From positions 1,740,001 through 1,772,000 of the forward strand of contig OW818675.1 of assembly GCA_942493095.1 (NCBI GenBank): DNA of 32,000 nt. The letters run 5' to 3'. Positions 10,700-20,082 of the stretch are shown here, in pieces. Below the pieces are notes generated by a model. That model was not told the DNA's origin, searched no databases, and worked only from the letters and a program-made list of their open reading frames with translations. How positions within the stretch are numbered: the first letter of the stretch is position 1; every line of letters starts with the position of its first letter. The DNA is from Candidatus Electronema halotolerans. Lineage in GTDB: Bacteria > Desulfobacterota > Desulfobulbia > Desulfobulbales > Desulfobulbaceae. Made by a program: the position numbers and the translations under genes.

Positions 10700-12906
10700 G
10701 CAAACGCATCATGAAAAGCGATAAGCAGAAAGCTGCCGTTTTGTCTGTGATAGTCCTGACAGCGGCCCTCTGCGGTCTGATGACCCTGACCCTCTGTCTG
10801 CTGCAGCGCACCACCCTGCGCCTGGAGGAGCAGCGGCTCCATGAGCTGGTCCACAGCCATGCCGTGCTGATCGAGGAATTTTTCCATATTCGGGAGCAGG
10901 TCTTCAAATCAGACCAGCAGGAACAGCATCTTGAGACTGTGCTGACCGGAGTCTTCAATGCCCATCTGCATGAGCACTGTTTTGGCGAGAGCGGCGAATT
11001 CCTTCTGGCTCGGCAGGAAGGGGAGCAGATTGTCTTCTGGCCCGGTCAGAAGCATCTGAGCAGCCTCCTGCCGCCGTCTGTGCCGCTGGACTCGCCCTTG
11101 GCCGAGCCAATGCGGCTGGCCCTGTCCGGGCAGCGCGGCACCATGACCGGCCTTGATTACCGGGGCAGAACTGTGCTGGCCGCCTATCAGTGGGTGCCGG
11201 AGATGCGCATCGGCTTAGTGGCCAAAATCGACTTGGCCGAAGTGCGCCGTCCCTTGTTCCAAGCAGGGGCAATCGCGGGCGGGGCCGCTCTGCTGCTCAT
11301 TCTGGCAGGCAGTTTTGTCCTGCTCCGCTTCAATCCGTTCCTGCGGCGGCTGGAGGAGGAAAAGCGGCTGGCCCAGAATTATCTCGACATTGCCGGGGCC
11401 ATGATCGCGGTTCTTGATCAGCAGGGCCGCTTGCAGCTAATCAACCGGCAGGGCTGCGAGATTCTCGGCGGCGAGCAGGAGGGCCTGCTGGGGCTGTTCT
11501 GGGTTGAGCACTGCGTGCAGGAGGAGGACCGGCAGCAGGCATCGGCAGCCTTGCAGCGGCTGCTGGACGGCAAGGAAGAGCAGATTGACGGCCTTGAACT
11601 GCACCTGCGGCGGATTGACGGCGGCCAGCGGATCATTGACTGGTCAGGCCGGACCCTGCGCGACCGGCGCGGCCATAAGATCGGCGCAATCTGCTCCGGC
11701 GCGGACATGACTGCCAAGCGGCAGTCAGAGCAGTCCCTGCATGAGGCGCAGGAGGCATTCCAGTCCACTTTTGAGCAGGCAGCCGTGGGCATTGCCCATG
11801 TCGCCCCGGATGGCCGCCTGCTCCGGGTCAACCGCAGGCTCTGCGCCATTCTTGGCTATCCGCAGGAGGAGCTGCTGGCCAAGACCATCATGGATATCAC
11901 CCATCCTGACCATAAGGAGCGCAGCTATGCCAAGGCCATAAACTTGGCCGCCGAGCCTGCCCAAGAAAATTACAGCATGGAAAAGCAGTATCTCCATCGG
12001 AACGGCAACGCGATCTGGGTCAACCACACAGTCTCCTTGGTCCGGGACAGCAAGGGGTATCCTTTGTACTACATTTCCGTGATTGAGGACATTCAGGCCC
12101 GCAAGGCGATGGAGGCGGTCCTGCACGAGCGCACTGCGCTGCTGGTGCGCTCCAACAAGGAGCTGGATGATTTCGCCTACATCGCCTCGCATGATCTGAA
12201 AGAGCCGCTGCGGGGCATCATGAGCTACAGCACCTTTCTTTTGGAGGATTACGGCGAAACCTTGGGCAGCGAGGGCCGTGACCGGCTCAAGACTATGGGC
12301 GATCTGGCCGGACGGCTTTCTGACCTCACTGATGATCTGCTCACCTTTTCCCGTGTCGGCAGATTAGCCTTGGCCTGCCGGGCCGTTGACCTCAATCAGT
12401 TAGTCGAAGATGTGCTGATCACGCTCCGAGTCGGCTTGGAGGAGGACCGGGTCACGGTGCGCATTGCCAAGCCGCTGCCGACCATCATCTGCGATGCGGT
12501 GCGGATGCGGGAGGTCTATTACAACCTGATCACCAATGCGGCCCGCTACAATGACAAAGAAGACAAATGGGTTGAAATCGGCGCGCTCCATCCTTGGAAC
12601 GACCCGAAACAGCTTCTGTTCTATGTCTGTGACAACGGCATCGGCATCCGGGACAAGCATCTCGGCAAAATTTTTACCATGTTCAAACGCCTGAACAGCG
12701 GCAATAAATACGGACGCGGCACCGGCGCAGGCTTGGCCATTGTCAAAAAGATCATTGAACGGCATGACGGCCATATCTGGGTGGAAAGCGCGGAAGGCGA
12801 AGGCACAGTCTTTTTCTTCACCTTGGTCGAGAAGCCGGACTGCGGAGTCTGGCTTGACAATGCAGCAGACGAGATCAGCTCATCACCAGGAGGAACGCCC
12901 AGATGA
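10696..12906 (+). CDS. Membrane sensor histidine kinase with extracytoplasmic sensor region and two PAS domains
   Basis: N-terminal TM, periplasmic segment, second TM 'AGAIAGGAALLLILAGSFVLL', PAS segments, H-box 'YIASHDLKEPLRGI', 'NLITNAARYND', 'VCDNGIGIRDKHLGKIFTMFKRL', 'GTGAGLAIVKKIIERHDG'. TTG start in a TTGA overlap, or ATG at 10711. Confidence 0.9.
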   Translation: MSKRIMKSDKQKAAVLSVIVLTAALCGLMTLTLCLLQRTTLRLEEQRLHELVHSHAVLIEEFFHIREQVFKSDQQEQHLETVLTGVFNAHLHEHCFGESGEFLLARQEGEQIVFWPGQKHLSSLLPPSVPLDSPLAEPMRLALSGQRGTMTGLDYRGRTVLAAYQWVPEMRIGLVAKIDLAEVRRPLFQAGAIAGGAALLLILAGSFVLLRFNPFLRRLEEEKRLAQNYLDIAGAMIAVLDQQGRLQLINRQGCEILGGEQEGLLGLFWVEHCVQEEDRQQASAALQRLLDGKEEQIDGLELHLRRIDGGQRIIDWSGRTLRDRRGHKIGAICSGADMTAKRQSEQSLHEAQEAFQSTFEQAAVGIAHVAPDGRLLRVNRRLCAILGYPQEELLAKTIMDITHPDHKERSYAKAINLAAEPAQENYSMEKQYLHRNGNAIWVNHTVSLVRDSKGYPLYYISVIEDIQARKAMEAVLHERTALLVRSNKELDDFAYIASHDLKEPLRGIMSYSTFLLEDYGETLGSEGRDRLKTMGDLAGRLSDLTDDLLTFSRVGRLALACRAVDLNQLVEDVLITLRVGLEEDRVTVRIAKPLPTIICDAVRMREVYYNLITNAARYNDKEDKWVEIGALHPWNDPKQLLFYVCDNGIGIRDKHLGKIFTMFKRLNSGNKYGRGTGAGLAIVKKIIERHDGHIWVESAEGEGTVFFFTLVEKPDCGVWLDNAADEISSSPGGTPR

Positions 12907-13364
12907 TCGCCAATGAAGCCGGAGGCAAGCACATTCTTTTGGTTGAGGACAGCGATGTGGATTATGAAACCGTGCTCAGGGCCTTCAGAAAAGGCAATCT
13001 GCACAATCCGGTCATCCGCTGCGAGGACGGTGACGACGCGCTTGACTATCTTCACCGCCGCAACCGCTTTGCCGCCCCCGGAGCCGCGCCCCGGCCCGCC
13101 CTGGTCCTGCTCGATCTCAACCTGCCCGGCACTGATGGCCGCGAGGTGCTGGAGGAGATGAAGAGCGATGAGACGCTGAAGGACATTCCGGTGATTGTCA
13201 TGACCACCTCCTCGGATCAGCGGGATGTGGAGCGGTGCTACAAATTTGGGGCCAACAGCTATGTGGCCAAGCCGGTCAGCTTTGAAGGCTACATGGAGGC
13301 GGTCAAGCGGCTCCACAGCTACTGGTTTGAGACCGTGATGCTGCCGGATGCCATTGGCAAGTGA
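12903..13364 (+). CDS. Response regulator receiver protein (Rcp1-like)
   Basis: 'ILLVEDSDVDYETVLRAFRKGNLHNPVIRCEDGDDALDYL', 'PALVLLDLNLPGTDGREVLEEMK', 'GANSYVAKPVSFEGYMEAVKRLHSYWFE' matches the Rcp1-like REC subfamily that partners with bacteriophytochrome-type kinases. Confidence 0.92.
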   Translation: MIANEAGGKHILLVEDSDVDYETVLRAFRKGNLHNPVIRCEDGDDALDYLHRRNRFAAPGAAPRPALVLLDLNLPGTDGREVLEEMKSDETLKDIPVIVMTTSSDQRDVERCYKFGANSYVAKPVSFEGYMEAVKRLHSYWFETVMLPDAIGK

Positions 13365-14443
13365 GCAGGGGCATGGAAGAGCAGGTGCTTGGCCTGCTGA
13401 CCGGTCCCTGCGGCGTGACTGTAGGAGCGGGCATTGCTGCCGCAGTCTCCGGCGGCCCGGATTCAATGGCCCTGCTCCATCTGCTGGCCGCAGCGCAGGA
13501 GCGGCTCCAGCTTCGGCTGACTGCGGTCTGGATTGAGCACGGCCTGCGTCCGCAGGAAACTTCGCAGGAAAAAGCAACAGTTGCGGCAGCGGCGGCCAAG
13601 CTGGGCATTCCTTTTCTATCCCGGCAGGCGGATGCGGCGGCCTTGGCCAAGAGCAAGCGGCTTTCCTTGGAACATGCGGCCCGCGAGCTGCGGTACGCTC
13701 TGCTGCGCGAGGCGGCTGGCAACTGCGGGGCGGAATGGATTGCGGTCGGCCACACCGCCGATGATCAGGCTGAAGAAGTGCTGCTCCGCCTGCTGCGCGG
13801 CAGCGGTCGCAAGGGCTTGGCTGGAATGCAGATGCGCAGCGGCGCAATCATCCGCCCGCTTCTGCGCACCAGCAAGCAGGAGCTGGTTGACTGGCTGAAC
13901 GAGCGCGGCATCGCTTCCTGTTTTGATTCGTCAAACAATGACCGGAGATTTCTCCGCAACCGGGTGCGGCACGAGCTGCTGCCCTTCTTGGAGCAACATT
14001 TCGAGCCGGGCATCAAACAAGCCCTGCTCAAGACTGCGGACAGTCTGGCTGCGGATGAAGTGCTGCTGGAGGAGCTGACTGAAAAGGCCTTTCAGGAGAC
14101 AGTGCAGGAGCTGACTGGGCACAGCAGTCTGCTGCCGACCATGCGCCTGCTGCGTCAGCCCTTTCTCGCCTTGCCTGCGGCCTTGCAGCGGCGGGTGCTG
14201 GAGCAGCTGCTCTGGCGCATGCAGAGCCGGGCTGCATACAATCATATCATCCTGCTGCTGGAAGCGGCGGCTTCTGGCAGAACCGGCAGCGAGCTGCATC
14301 TCAGCCAAGGGCTGCGGGTCGGCGTGGGCCGCGACTGGCTGGAATTTTCTTATCCAGCTGGCCGCCAGAGCTGGCGGGGACGACTCAACCCAGAACAAGC
14401 TGAAGCTGCTCATGCTCCAGCGGCTCGTCAAATTCCAGACTGA
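13361..14443 (+). CDS. tilS: tRNA(Ile)-lysidine synthase
   Basis: PP-loop 'AAAVSGGPDSMALLHLL' and 'VGHTADDQAEEVLLRLLRGSGRKGLAGM'. GTG start in a GTGA overlap, or ATG at 13373. Confidence 0.93.
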   Translation: MSRGMEEQVLGLLTGPCGVTVGAGIAAAVSGGPDSMALLHLLAAAQERLQLRLTAVWIEHGLRPQETSQEKATVAAAAAKLGIPFLSRQADAAALAKSKRLSLEHAARELRYALLREAAGNCGAEWIAVGHTADDQAEEVLLRLLRGSGRKGLAGMQMRSGAIIRPLLRTSKQELVDWLNERGIASCFDSSNNDRRFLRNRVRHELLPFLEQHFEPGIKQALLKTADSLAADEVLLEELTEKAFQETVQELTGHSSLLPTMRLLRQPFLALPAALQRRVLEQLLWRMQSRAAYNHIILLLEAAASGRTGSELHLSQGLRVGVGRDWLEFSYPAGRQSWRGRLNPEQAEAAHAPAARQIPD

Positions 14444-16670
14444 GCTTGTATTCTCCAGCAGCCTCCAGCGCAGCCGTTTTGGTTGGGGCAGGGTCCGCCT
14501 GCTTGATGGACAGCACTTGGCCCCGGACATCCAAGCCGTTGGGACTGCCAACCACAGGAATGGTGATCTGCATGGTCCGGCCCAGCAGCACCCGGATATG
14601 CTTCTGCTGCATCATGCGGAAGGTCATGGACAGGCCGCCTCTGGAGACATCGGCCAGCCTGCCTTTGAATTTCTGGCCAAGGGGGCGTTTGCCCGGCACT
14701 TCCAGAACCTGAAAATCAACCTTGCGGGAGACCTCATAGCGATCAAAGGCGCGGCGGTTGAGACCTTTGCGCTGAAGCAGGTCTCTTATGTTATTTGATT
14801 TATTATAAAACGTCTTTAATTTTTTCTCCAAGCCGGGATAGGCTTCCTTCCAGCGTTCAAAGCAGGCGCGCTTCAGCACGGAAATGCGGCTTTCTGTGAC
14901 CGCATTCATGCTCACAGTCCAGACCGAGGTGTCAAAGAAGTTTTCCCCAGCCAAGTCGCCGTCGCAGAGGCTCTTGATATAAATTTTCCGGTCATGCTTT
15001 TTATAAAAAACCCGGACCGTGCCATGATTGACAAAAAACAACTCATCATTCTGATCACCCTGCTTGACCAGCATCTCCTCCGGCTCCAAAGTGCGGTGCT
15101 CCAGTTCATGATAAATGGCGCTGAACTCCTCAGAACTCAGCTCATGCAGCAAGTTGGACCAAATATCCAAATAGCTGCGCACCTGCACTCCGCTTTTCGC
15201 CTCTTCAATCAGCTCTGAGGCCCGAATGATCTCGGCAATGGCGTTGGGGTTGATCTCGCTGAAGCGTTCCCGCAGCCGTTCCGCGTTGAAGATGTCCTCG
15301 TTCTGCACGCATTCCATAATCAGCTTAAGAAGCTGCTGGGCAGCCCCAGACCGGTTGCCGGACATGGCCATGCGGATGATGCCTGCCTCGCGGGCGGCAA
15401 AGGGATTGTTCTGGCTCGGCACATCCGGCGAGATGCTGCCGGCCCGCTTGTGCTTGCCGCCGGTATTGATGAACTGGATGGCCTGCTCCGCTGTCCGCAG
15501 AATCTGCTGCTCCACCTGACCAAGTTCTTTGCCAGTGCTGGCGGCGATGATTTTTTTCAGAGTCGGCACCGCCTTGACGGAACCAATCTTGCCCAAGGTG
15601 AGACAGATGGCAAGCTGGAGGTTCTGCCCGGCCCGATTTTTGATCAGAACCGCCTCATCGAGCAGAATAGCCAACGGCGCAACCAAGCTGCTGTCCGGGA
15701 TGTCGCCGATCAAGGCCACCACCAGCTCGGTCAGCTGCCGGGGCACTGTTTTCAGGGCCCTGAGGAAAAAGTCCTTTTTCCCCGGCGCATCAATCCGGCT
15801 GGCCGCCCGCAGCACTTCTCCCTTGACCCGGATATCCTCATGCTCAATAAACGAAGTCACGGCAGTGAAGCAGGCTGGCCCGCCCTTGTCGCCCAGCAGG
15901 CGGATGATGTTGCGGATCAGGTACCAGTCCTGGGTCTGCTCCAGCAGGCGGCAGAGGCTTTCCTCTGCTGGCGGGCCGATCTCGCTGAACAGTTTGAGCA
16001 GGACATCGGCCTTGTTTTCCTGATACAGTTTCAGGCACTGCGGCTCCAAAAGAAACTCGGCTGCTGACCGGCCAAGCACGGCAAAGAGCCGTCCGGCATC
16101 CACGCTTTTGTCCTTGTCATACAGATATTCAACTAAGAGCAGCTCCAGCAGGGGCCGGGTGGCCATGTCATTGAGCAGCCGCCCGATGCGGTCGCGGACA
16201 TGCTCAGGCGCGGCGGCCAGTATCTTTTCTGAGGAGAACGTCAACAAGGCGCGCCGGGCAGAGGCGTATTTGCCCATTTCAATCTGATAGGCGGCAAAGG
16301 CGGACAGGGCCGTGACAAGCTGCCAGACTTCGACCTCGTTTTCCAAGGCCGCGTGCAGGGCGCTTTCCGCCGCAGGCAGCATCTTGTCGATCCGCAGCCA
16401 TTCCTGATGCGCAATGAGCAGCTCCAAGGTGTCAGTCAGCTCGCAGGCCGCCTTCAGGCGCAGCTGGGGACTGTCGGCTTGCAGCGCGGCAGCGAGCTGG
16501 CCAAGCATTTTGTCAATCTGCCGATTGTTTTTTTCTGCCAGAAGATCGCTGATCACTGCTGACAGCATCGCGCCCTCTTCCTCCTCCAGCGCGGTCTGAG
16601 CATCGGTTGAAAAAGCGGCCTTTTCTTCTTCGTCCGCCGCTGACAGTGCATTGTTGCGCGTGACATCCAT
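14385..16670 (-). CDS. HEAT-repeat / cyclic nucleotide-binding / PilZ multidomain protein
   Basis: Helical HEAT-like N-terminal two thirds ('LIRNIIRLLGDKGGPACFTAVTSFIEHEDIRVKGEVLRAASRI'); cNMP domain 'MLVKQGDQNDELFFVNHGTVRVFYKK...LCDGDLAGENFF'; PilZ motifs RxxxR ('RAFDR') and DxSxxG ('DVSRGG'). Confidence 0.85.
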   Translation of the reverse strand: MDVTRNNALSAADEEEKAAFSTDAQTALEEEEGAMLSAVISDLLAEKNNRQIDKMLGQLAAALQADSPQLRLKAACELTDTLELLIAHQEWLRIDKMLPAAESALHAALENEVEVWQLVTALSAFAAYQIEMGKYASARRALLTFSSEKILAAAPEHVRDRIGRLLNDMATRPLLELLLVEYLYDKDKSVDAGRLFAVLGRSAAEFLLEPQCLKLYQENKADVLLKLFSEIGPPAEESLCRLLEQTQDWYLIRNIIRLLGDKGGPACFTAVTSFIEHEDIRVKGEVLRAASRIDAPGKKDFFLRALKTVPRQLTELVVALIGDIPDSSLVAPLAILLDEAVLIKNRAGQNLQLAICLTLGKIGSVKAVPTLKKIIAASTGKELGQVEQQILRTAEQAIQFINTGGKHKRAGSISPDVPSQNNPFAAREAGIIRMAMSGNRSGAAQQLLKLIMECVQNEDIFNAERLRERFSEINPNAIAEIIRASELIEEAKSGVQVRSYLDIWSNLLHELSSEEFSAIYHELEHRTLEPEEMLVKQGDQNDELFFVNHGTVRVFYKKHDRKIYIKSLCDGDLAGENFFDTSVWTVSMNAVTESRISVLKRACFERWKEAYPGLEKKLKTFYNKSNNIRDLLQRKGLNRRAFDRYEVSRKVDFQVLEVPGKRPLGQKFKGRLADVSRGGLSMTFRMMQQKHIRVLLGRTMQITIPVVGSPNGLDVRGQVLSIKQADPAPTKTAALEAAGEYKLSLEFDEPLEHEQLQLVLG

Positions 16671-16703
16671 GAGGCTGTATCAGGTTGAGGGTTGACGGTC
16701 CGC

Positions 16704-16741
16704 GCCTGAAAGACAGTTTCAGGCAGCCGCAGGTTTGCGGC
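16704..16741. repeat. Two tandem perfect hairpins
   Basis: GCCTGAAA-GACAG-TTTCAGGC (16704-16724, 8-bp arms) followed 1 nt later by GCCGCA-GGTT-TGCGGC (16726-16741, 6-bp arms), between maf and the PilZ/cNMP gene. Confidence 0.75.
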
Positions 16742-16791
16742 ATGGCTGATTAAAAGATAACATTCCTTGCGGCAAAAGACAAAGGCTCTTT

Positions 16792-17385
16792 TCAGGTTTC
16801 AGGGGTAATGATGCTGTGCTCCAGCAGCAGGCTGACGCAGCGGCTCACTGGCAGGCCAATGATATTGGCGCAGGAGCCATGCACAGAGCGAACCAGAAAG
16901 GCTCCTTTTCCTTGAATGCCATAAGCACCCGCCTTGTCGAGCGGCTCGCCAGTGCGGATGTAGGCGGCCAGCACTGCCTCGGAAAAGGCGGCAAAGGTGA
17001 CTTCGCTGCTTTCCGCCAAGGTTTTCGAGCAGTTCTCCGCCTGACAGACAAGGGCCAGCCCGGTGATGACTTGATGGCTGCGGCCCTGTAAACGCCGGAG
17101 AATCTCCAAGGCATGAGCGGCATCTTTTGGTTTGCCGATGATCTGGTCATCGACTGTCACCACTGTGTCCGCGCCAAGAATCCAGCTTTCCGGGTGCTGG
17201 GCGGCAATGGCAGCCGCCTTTTCCTGAGCCATGCGCCGGGCAAAAGCGGCAGGCTTTTCCCCGGGCAGCGGCAGCTCATCAATGCCCGCAGGCAGGCAGG
17301 TGAAGACAAGGCCCAGATCAGTGAGAAACTGCTGACGACGAGGTGAAGCTGAGGCGAGAATCAGGGATTTGCAGGCAGTGAACAT
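16792..17385 (-). CDS. maf: Maf-family nucleoside triphosphate pyrophosphatase
   Basis: 'LILASASPRRQQFLTDLGL', 'ILGADTVVTVDDQIIGKPKDAAHALEILRRLQGRSHQVITG', 'EPLDKAGAYGIQGKGAFLV'. Confidence 0.93.
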   Translation of the reverse strand: MFTACKSLILASASPRRQQFLTDLGLVFTCLPAGIDELPLPGEKPAAFARRMAQEKAAAIAAQHPESWILGADTVVTVDDQIIGKPKDAAHALEILRRLQGRSHQVITGLALVCQAENCSKTLAESSEVTFAAFSEAVLAAYIRTGEPLDKAGAYGIQGKGAFLVRSVHGSCANIIGLPVSRCVSLLLEHSIITPET

Positions 17386-17540
17386 GGCGGAAGGGTGCTG
17401 AGGTTTGTTCTCACGAGCTGGATGACTGCGGCAGCGAAAAAATCATGCCACAGAGCAATGCTTGGGGTATAATGCCTTTCTTGCGTCATGCAGCGGCAAA
17501 GAGGAGGCCGCACGGAATAAACTCGGCAAGAAGAACGGAC

Positions 17541-18404
17541 ATGCTGAAAAGAATAGCATTATTTCTGCTGGTTGTTTGGCTGCCCTCCGGCTGCGCTGCG
17601 GCGCGGGATGAGAAATCCGCAGCAGAGCGGGCAGCTCAGGCCGCGTTCTGCTGGCCATTGAAAACCTTCCGATACTCGCGCAGCACAGGCGGCGGCTGGC
17701 TGGCTGCAAGAGGCCGAGGCTCCCAGCATCTGGGGGTTGACATGTTCGCTCCAATCGGCACGCCAGTGCGGGCCATTGCCGACGGCGTGGTCTATGACAT
17801 CTCCACCGGCGGCTGGGGCAGAGGCAATGTCGCCATCATGGTCAAGCACCGGCTGGCAGATGGCCGCTGGTTCATTGCCCTGTACGGACACATCAGAAAT
17901 TCCCAAGGTCTGCGCAAAGGCAGCCGGGTGCAGGCCTGCGCCCGCATCGGCGTGGTCGGCTCCTATAGCTGCGGCTCCCATCTCCATTTCGGCGTGATTG
18001 CTCCGGGCCGACTGCCTCATGCGCCTTACGGCACCAGCAAGCGGGGTGATCACAATAATTTTGTTGATCCGCTCCAGTTCCTGCGCAGCGGCCATCCCAG
18101 CGGCAGGCTGGCTGAATCGGCGGCGCAGGTCTTGACATCAGACAGCGCAGTCGCAGAAGAATCAGTCGCCCTCAGTTCTGCAAAAAAAGACCGCAGCCGC
18201 AGTCAGGTGCGGAACATTCGCTCCAAAAATAAAAAACGATCTGTTGCGGCAAGCAAAAAGAGCAGGGACAAAAAGCTGCTGCCCAAAAAAGCTGCTAAAA
18301 AGGCAGTCACACAGAAAAGCAAGCGCAGCCGTTCTGTTACAGGCAAGGTTCGCTCTCTGACAGGCAGTTCCAAGCGCGCTGTATCTGCTCATGGACGACG
18401 CTGA
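17541..18404 (+). CDS. M23-family metallopeptidase, predicted lipoprotein, with strongly basic C-terminal tail
   Basis: ATG at 17541; signal/lipobox 'MLKRIALFLLVVWLPSGC'; M23 motifs 'HLGVDMFAPIGTPVRAIADGVVY' and 'YSCGSHLHFGVI'; Lys/Arg/Ser/Ala-rich tail of about 75 residues. Confidence 0.85.
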   Translation: MLKRIALFLLVVWLPSGCAAARDEKSAAERAAQAAFCWPLKTFRYSRSTGGGWLAARGRGSQHLGVDMFAPIGTPVRAIADGVVYDISTGGWGRGNVAIMVKHRLADGRWFIALYGHIRNSQGLRKGSRVQACARIGVVGSYSCGSHLHFGVIAPGRLPHAPYGTSKRGDHNNFVDPLQFLRSGHPSGRLAESAAQVLTSDSAVAEESVALSSAKKDRSRSQVRNIRSKNKKRSVAASKKSRDKKLLPKKAAKKAVTQKSKRSRSVTGKVRSLTGSSKRAVSAHGRR

Positions 18405-18960
18405 CCGGCTGGGCCGCATCAATCCGCCGTATCCACGGGTCTGCAAATGAGGCAAAAATTGTGGCAACCCGCTGCAAGGCCTCGATCTGCTCAAAGGCGT
18501 TGAGCTGCCCGCCCCGGCTGCGAATCCGCTCCGCCGACAACTCCGGCGGCATGGTCAGAAGAATGACCAAGTCCGGCTGCGGGGCAAAGCGGTTGCGCTT
18601 GAGAATAGCCTTGGCATCCAGCCCGTTCGCGCCCTGATAGGCAGCAGTGGAGTAATAGTAGCGGTCAGTGAGGACGATCCGACCGGCATTCAGAGCAGGC
18701 CGGATCACTTCCTTGACATGCTGCTTGCGGTCTTGGATGAACAGCTCCAACTCCTCCTCCGGGGTGCAGGCACCGCGATTGACATACAGCTCGCGGATGC
18801 GGCGGCCATAATCGCTGTCAGTCGGCTCGCGGGTGACAACCACATCCTCGCCCTGCGCCCGCAGCCAGTCAGCCAGCATTGGCAGCTGTGTTGTTTTTCC
18901 CGTGCCGTCGATGCCTTCAAAGGCGATCAGCAATCCTGTCCGTATGTTTCGTCGTCGCAT
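18337..18960 (-). CDS. tmk: Thymidylate kinase
   Basis: '[23 protein letters not shown]' P-loop, 'VVVTREPTDSDYGRRIREL', 'VLTDRYYYSTAAYQGANG'. ATG at 18960 preferred; the ORF is open to 18999. Confidence 0.92.
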   Translation of the reverse strand: MRRRNIRTGLLIAFEGIDGTGKTTQLPMLADWLRAQGEDVVVTREPTDSDYGRRIRELYVNRGACTPEEELELFIQDRKQHVKEVIRPALNAGRIVLTDRYYYSTAAYQGANGLDAKAILKRNRFAPQPDLVILLTMPPELSAERIRSRGGQLNAFEQIEALQRVATIFASFADPWIRRIDAAQPVSVVHEQIQRAWNCLSESEPCL

Positions 18961-19943
18961 TGCGCTCTGTTCTCTGCTATGTCCATTGCCATAAGCCACG
19001 CCGCCCGCAGGCTGGCAGCATCGGCAATGCCTTTTCCGGCTATGTCGTAGGCCGTGCCGTGATCAACTGAGGTGCGGACAATGGGCAGGCCCAGCGTCAC
19101 GTTCACCCCGTCCTGAAAGTGGAGCAGCTTGAAGGGGATCAGTCCTTGATCGTGGTACATGCAGACCACTGCGTCAAAGCCGCCGTTCGCCGCCTTATAA
19201 AAAATCGTGTCTGGAGGCCACGGCCCGCTGACCTCGGCCTCGCCCTTGTACTGGCGCAGGGCCGGTTCTATAAGGTCAATTTCCTCGCGGCCAAACAGGC
19301 CCTGCTCGCCGCTGTGAGGATTGAAGCCTGCCACGGCAATGCGCGGCTTGCTGCAACCGAAGTCCCGGCGCAGGGAATCAGCAGTCATGCGGATGCAGTC
19401 AAGAATCCCGTCCGCAGACAGCATGGTGCTGACCTTGGCCAATGGCTCATGAATGGTCACTAAAATCACCCGCAGGCGGCTGCCAGCCAGCATCATGCGG
19501 AAGCGGCGGGCATTGGTCAGCTCGGCCAGCATCTCGGTGTGGCCGGGATAATTCATGCCTGCATCGTGCAAGGCCTTTTTGGCAATCGGGCAGGTGACAA
19601 CTGCGGCAAACTCGCCTGCCAGCGCGCCCTGCGCCGCCCGGATGATATACTCAGCCATTGCGATGCCGGTTTCCTTGCTCGGCTGGCCCCAGCGCAGCTT
19701 GTCCGCATCAAGATGCGACAGCTCCAGCACCGGCACCGTGCCCGGCCTGATGCTCTCTCCTGCCTGCCAAGCAACCGGTTTAACTGTGCTCTCCAGCAGA
19801 GCGGCAGTTCGTTGCAGCACGCCCAGATCGCCAAGCACCACCGGCGGGCAGGCTTCATCCGCCGCCAGCCCGGCAAAGAGGCTGAGGATGATTTCCGGGC
19901 CAACCCCGACCGGGCAGCCCATCGTGATTGCAGCAGGTTGCAT
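18927..19943 (-). CDS. pdxA: 4-hydroxythreonine-4-phosphate dehydrogenase
   Basis: '[20 protein letters not shown]', '[27 protein letters not shown]', '[15 protein letters not shown]', '[12 protein letters not shown]', '[24 protein letters not shown]'. ATG at 19943 preferred over the upstream extension. Confidence 0.93.
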   Translation of the reverse strand: MQPAAITMGCPVGVGPEIILSLFAGLAADEACPPVVLGDLGVLQRTAALLESTVKPVAWQAGESIRPGTVPVLELSHLDADKLRWGQPSKETGIAMAEYIIRAAQGALAGEFAAVVTCPIAKKALHDAGMNYPGHTEMLAELTNARRFRMMLAGSRLRVILVTIHEPLAKVSTMLSADGILDCIRMTADSLRRDFGCSKPRIAVAGFNPHSGEQGLFGREEIDLIEPALRQYKGEAEVSGPWPPDTIFYKAANGGFDAVVCMYHDQGLIPFKLLHFQDGVNVTLGLPIVRTSVDHGTAYDIAGKGIADAASLRAAWLMAMDIAENRAQCDDETYGQDC

Positions 19944-20082
19944 GATTGCCTCCGCCTTGAAAGTTCTGCCGCCTGATGCGGCGGAAAAACTATACTCTGC
20001 TCCGCCCTTCTTGCCAACCGGGAAAAATCCGGTTATGCTCTCCATTCAGGAGAAAGCAAGCTCATGGGCAAGGAGAAATTTC

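Noticed and set aside
12621-13847. 408-aa minus-strand ORF over the kinase/REC/tilS junction
   Set aside because: Antisense to three well-supported genes, low-complexity composition, no motif.
19944-20045. N-terminal extension of pdxA
   Set aside because: '[15 protein letters not shown]...' precedes the canonical start 'MQPAAITMG'; likely just upstream open frame.
19555-20082. N-terminal extension of the dtd ORF
   Set aside because: The extension is antisense to pdxA and has no DTD-family similarity; ATG 20083 begins the canonical 'MRAVVQRV'.
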